DNA of 57,625 bases, filler included, from Candidatus Eiseniibacteriota bacterium (lineage in GTDB: Bacteria; Orphanbacterota; Orphanbacteria; Orphanbacterales; Orphanbacteraceae): assembly GCA_043809585.1 (NCBI GenBank). It is 3 parts of 3 records of this genome, joined end to end, with 100 filler letters (N's around TTAATTAATTAA, not from the genome) between each part and the next. Parts side by side here need not be neighbours in the genome. Positions count along the whole stretch, not along the records: positions 41,193 to 57,625 come from JBDROZ010000114.1; 2 more parts are not named here. One strand, written 5' to 3'. Shown piece by piece: positions 57,021-57,625 of the stretch; within the stretch, counting starts at the first letter, position 1, and each line of letters begins with the position of its first letter. The position numbers and the translations under genes were made by a program. The notes under the pieces are model-generated. The model ran no database searches, was not told where the DNA came from, and was given only the letters and a program-made list of their open reading frames with translations.

Positions 57021-57290
57021 ATGATATCACAACTACTGAACCTCGCAGCGTCGGTCTTCAGGTCCCGCCGCGCGTCGATTCCGGAGAACCTGGCCCCGCG
57101 GCACCAACTTCAAGTCCTGCAATGCGATCTGGGGGGCGGCCGCGACTGTTCTCGCTTGTGACCGGGGCTTCCGGGCGCCCCTATCCCGCCTGTGGCCGAG
57201 TGGCGGGGATCCATAGTCATAGTCAAGCCCGAAACGGTGGTCGCCTTGCATGGTAAGCCGATGGGGATGAGACTTGCGGTAGGGACGGCC
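57021..57290 (+). pseudogene. Frameshifted remnant of an integrase-core (rve)-type transposase
   Basis: MISQLLNLAASVFRSRRASIPENLAPRHQLQVLQ, then across frameshifts DRGF..LSRLWP and WRGSIVIVKPETVVALH. Confidence 0.75.
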
Positions 57291-57499
57291 ACGGAATGAG
57301 ATGACTGCCGAGAGTGGTGCAGAAGTCTATCGAAATCGAGAAGTCGAAGGAATCGTGGCAAGCCGATATTCCGAAGGAGGGGCAGATAATCCTCCGGACC
57401 GCCGGACCCTGATCTTGCCGAATGGGGCGTGCGCTCGTCGGCTGGTCGGCTTTCGAGAGCACACCCTCCCCGAGGCGAGCGGGGGGAGGGGCTTCTGCG

Positions 57500-57625
57500 C
57501 TAGCCTGGATTATGCATGAATCTCCGTCACGAGGGCTCGGATCGCCTGACGAGAAGCCGACTTGGACGAGCCGCCACCGGAGGCGTAGTCATGCACTACG
57601 TCGAGGAGGCGGCGACGGAAAGGAG
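57500..57625. mobile_element. MITE/REP-like element, inverted copy of 32-155, running off the window
   Basis: Exact reverse-complement match over 124 bp; starts CTAGCCTGGATTATGCATGAATCTC. Confidence 0.75.

Noticed and set aside
57033..57251. 72-aa minus-strand ORF
   Set aside because: It is the antisense shadow of the transposase remnant.
32..57623. 57-kb transposon bounded by the 124-bp inverted repeats at the window ends
   Set aside because: The copies lie on different contigs separated by two artificial linkers, and the content is housekeeping; repeats commonly break assemblies.

Overview
High-GC bacterial DNA, probably from a metagenome-assembled genome. The FlgD-Ig and 'SWGxVKxLFR' secreted-protein tails suggest an FCB-group candidate lineage such as Eisenbacteria or Krumholzibacteria (inference). 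The window is three contigs joined by artificial N44-TTAATTAATTAA-N44 linkers (22801-22900, 41093-41192), so adjacency across them is not biological. Contig 1 holds a B3/4 protein, a REP-bracketed beta-helix gene, SAM-riboswitch-controlled metK, an FG-GAP lipoprotein, a serpin, a hybrid histidine kinase, an M14 peptidase, a Glu/Leu/Phe/Val dehydrogenase, GT2, a methyltransferase, pntAA-pntAB-pntB, a ferredoxin and a FabL-like SDR. Contig 2 holds a truncated CopA, a tandem pair of unknown paralogues, a GT22/GT4/MurJ glycosylation cluster, and lpdA-E2-lipB-lipA-ABC-ATPase followed by an aminotransferase and an SDR. Contig 3 holds NYN-LOTUS, decayed genes, a polyferredoxin, Tat-signal DUF362 and AmmeMemoRadiSam radical SAM genes, two GT39/ArnT-like genes, secreted proteins, a 58-aa ORF missed by the ORF track, CHASE2-SpoIIE, and transposase stubs. 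Intergenic DNA is dense in MITE/REP-like families, several sitting exactly on stop codons; one palindromic repeat is read in frame in the E2 linkers. No CRISPR array, rRNA or tRNA was seen. The best leads are the shared C-terminal W-motif (possible sorting signal), the mirrored REP-bounded cassette, the Tat-tagged radical SAM/DUF362 module and the WCEAD paralogue pair upstream of copA.
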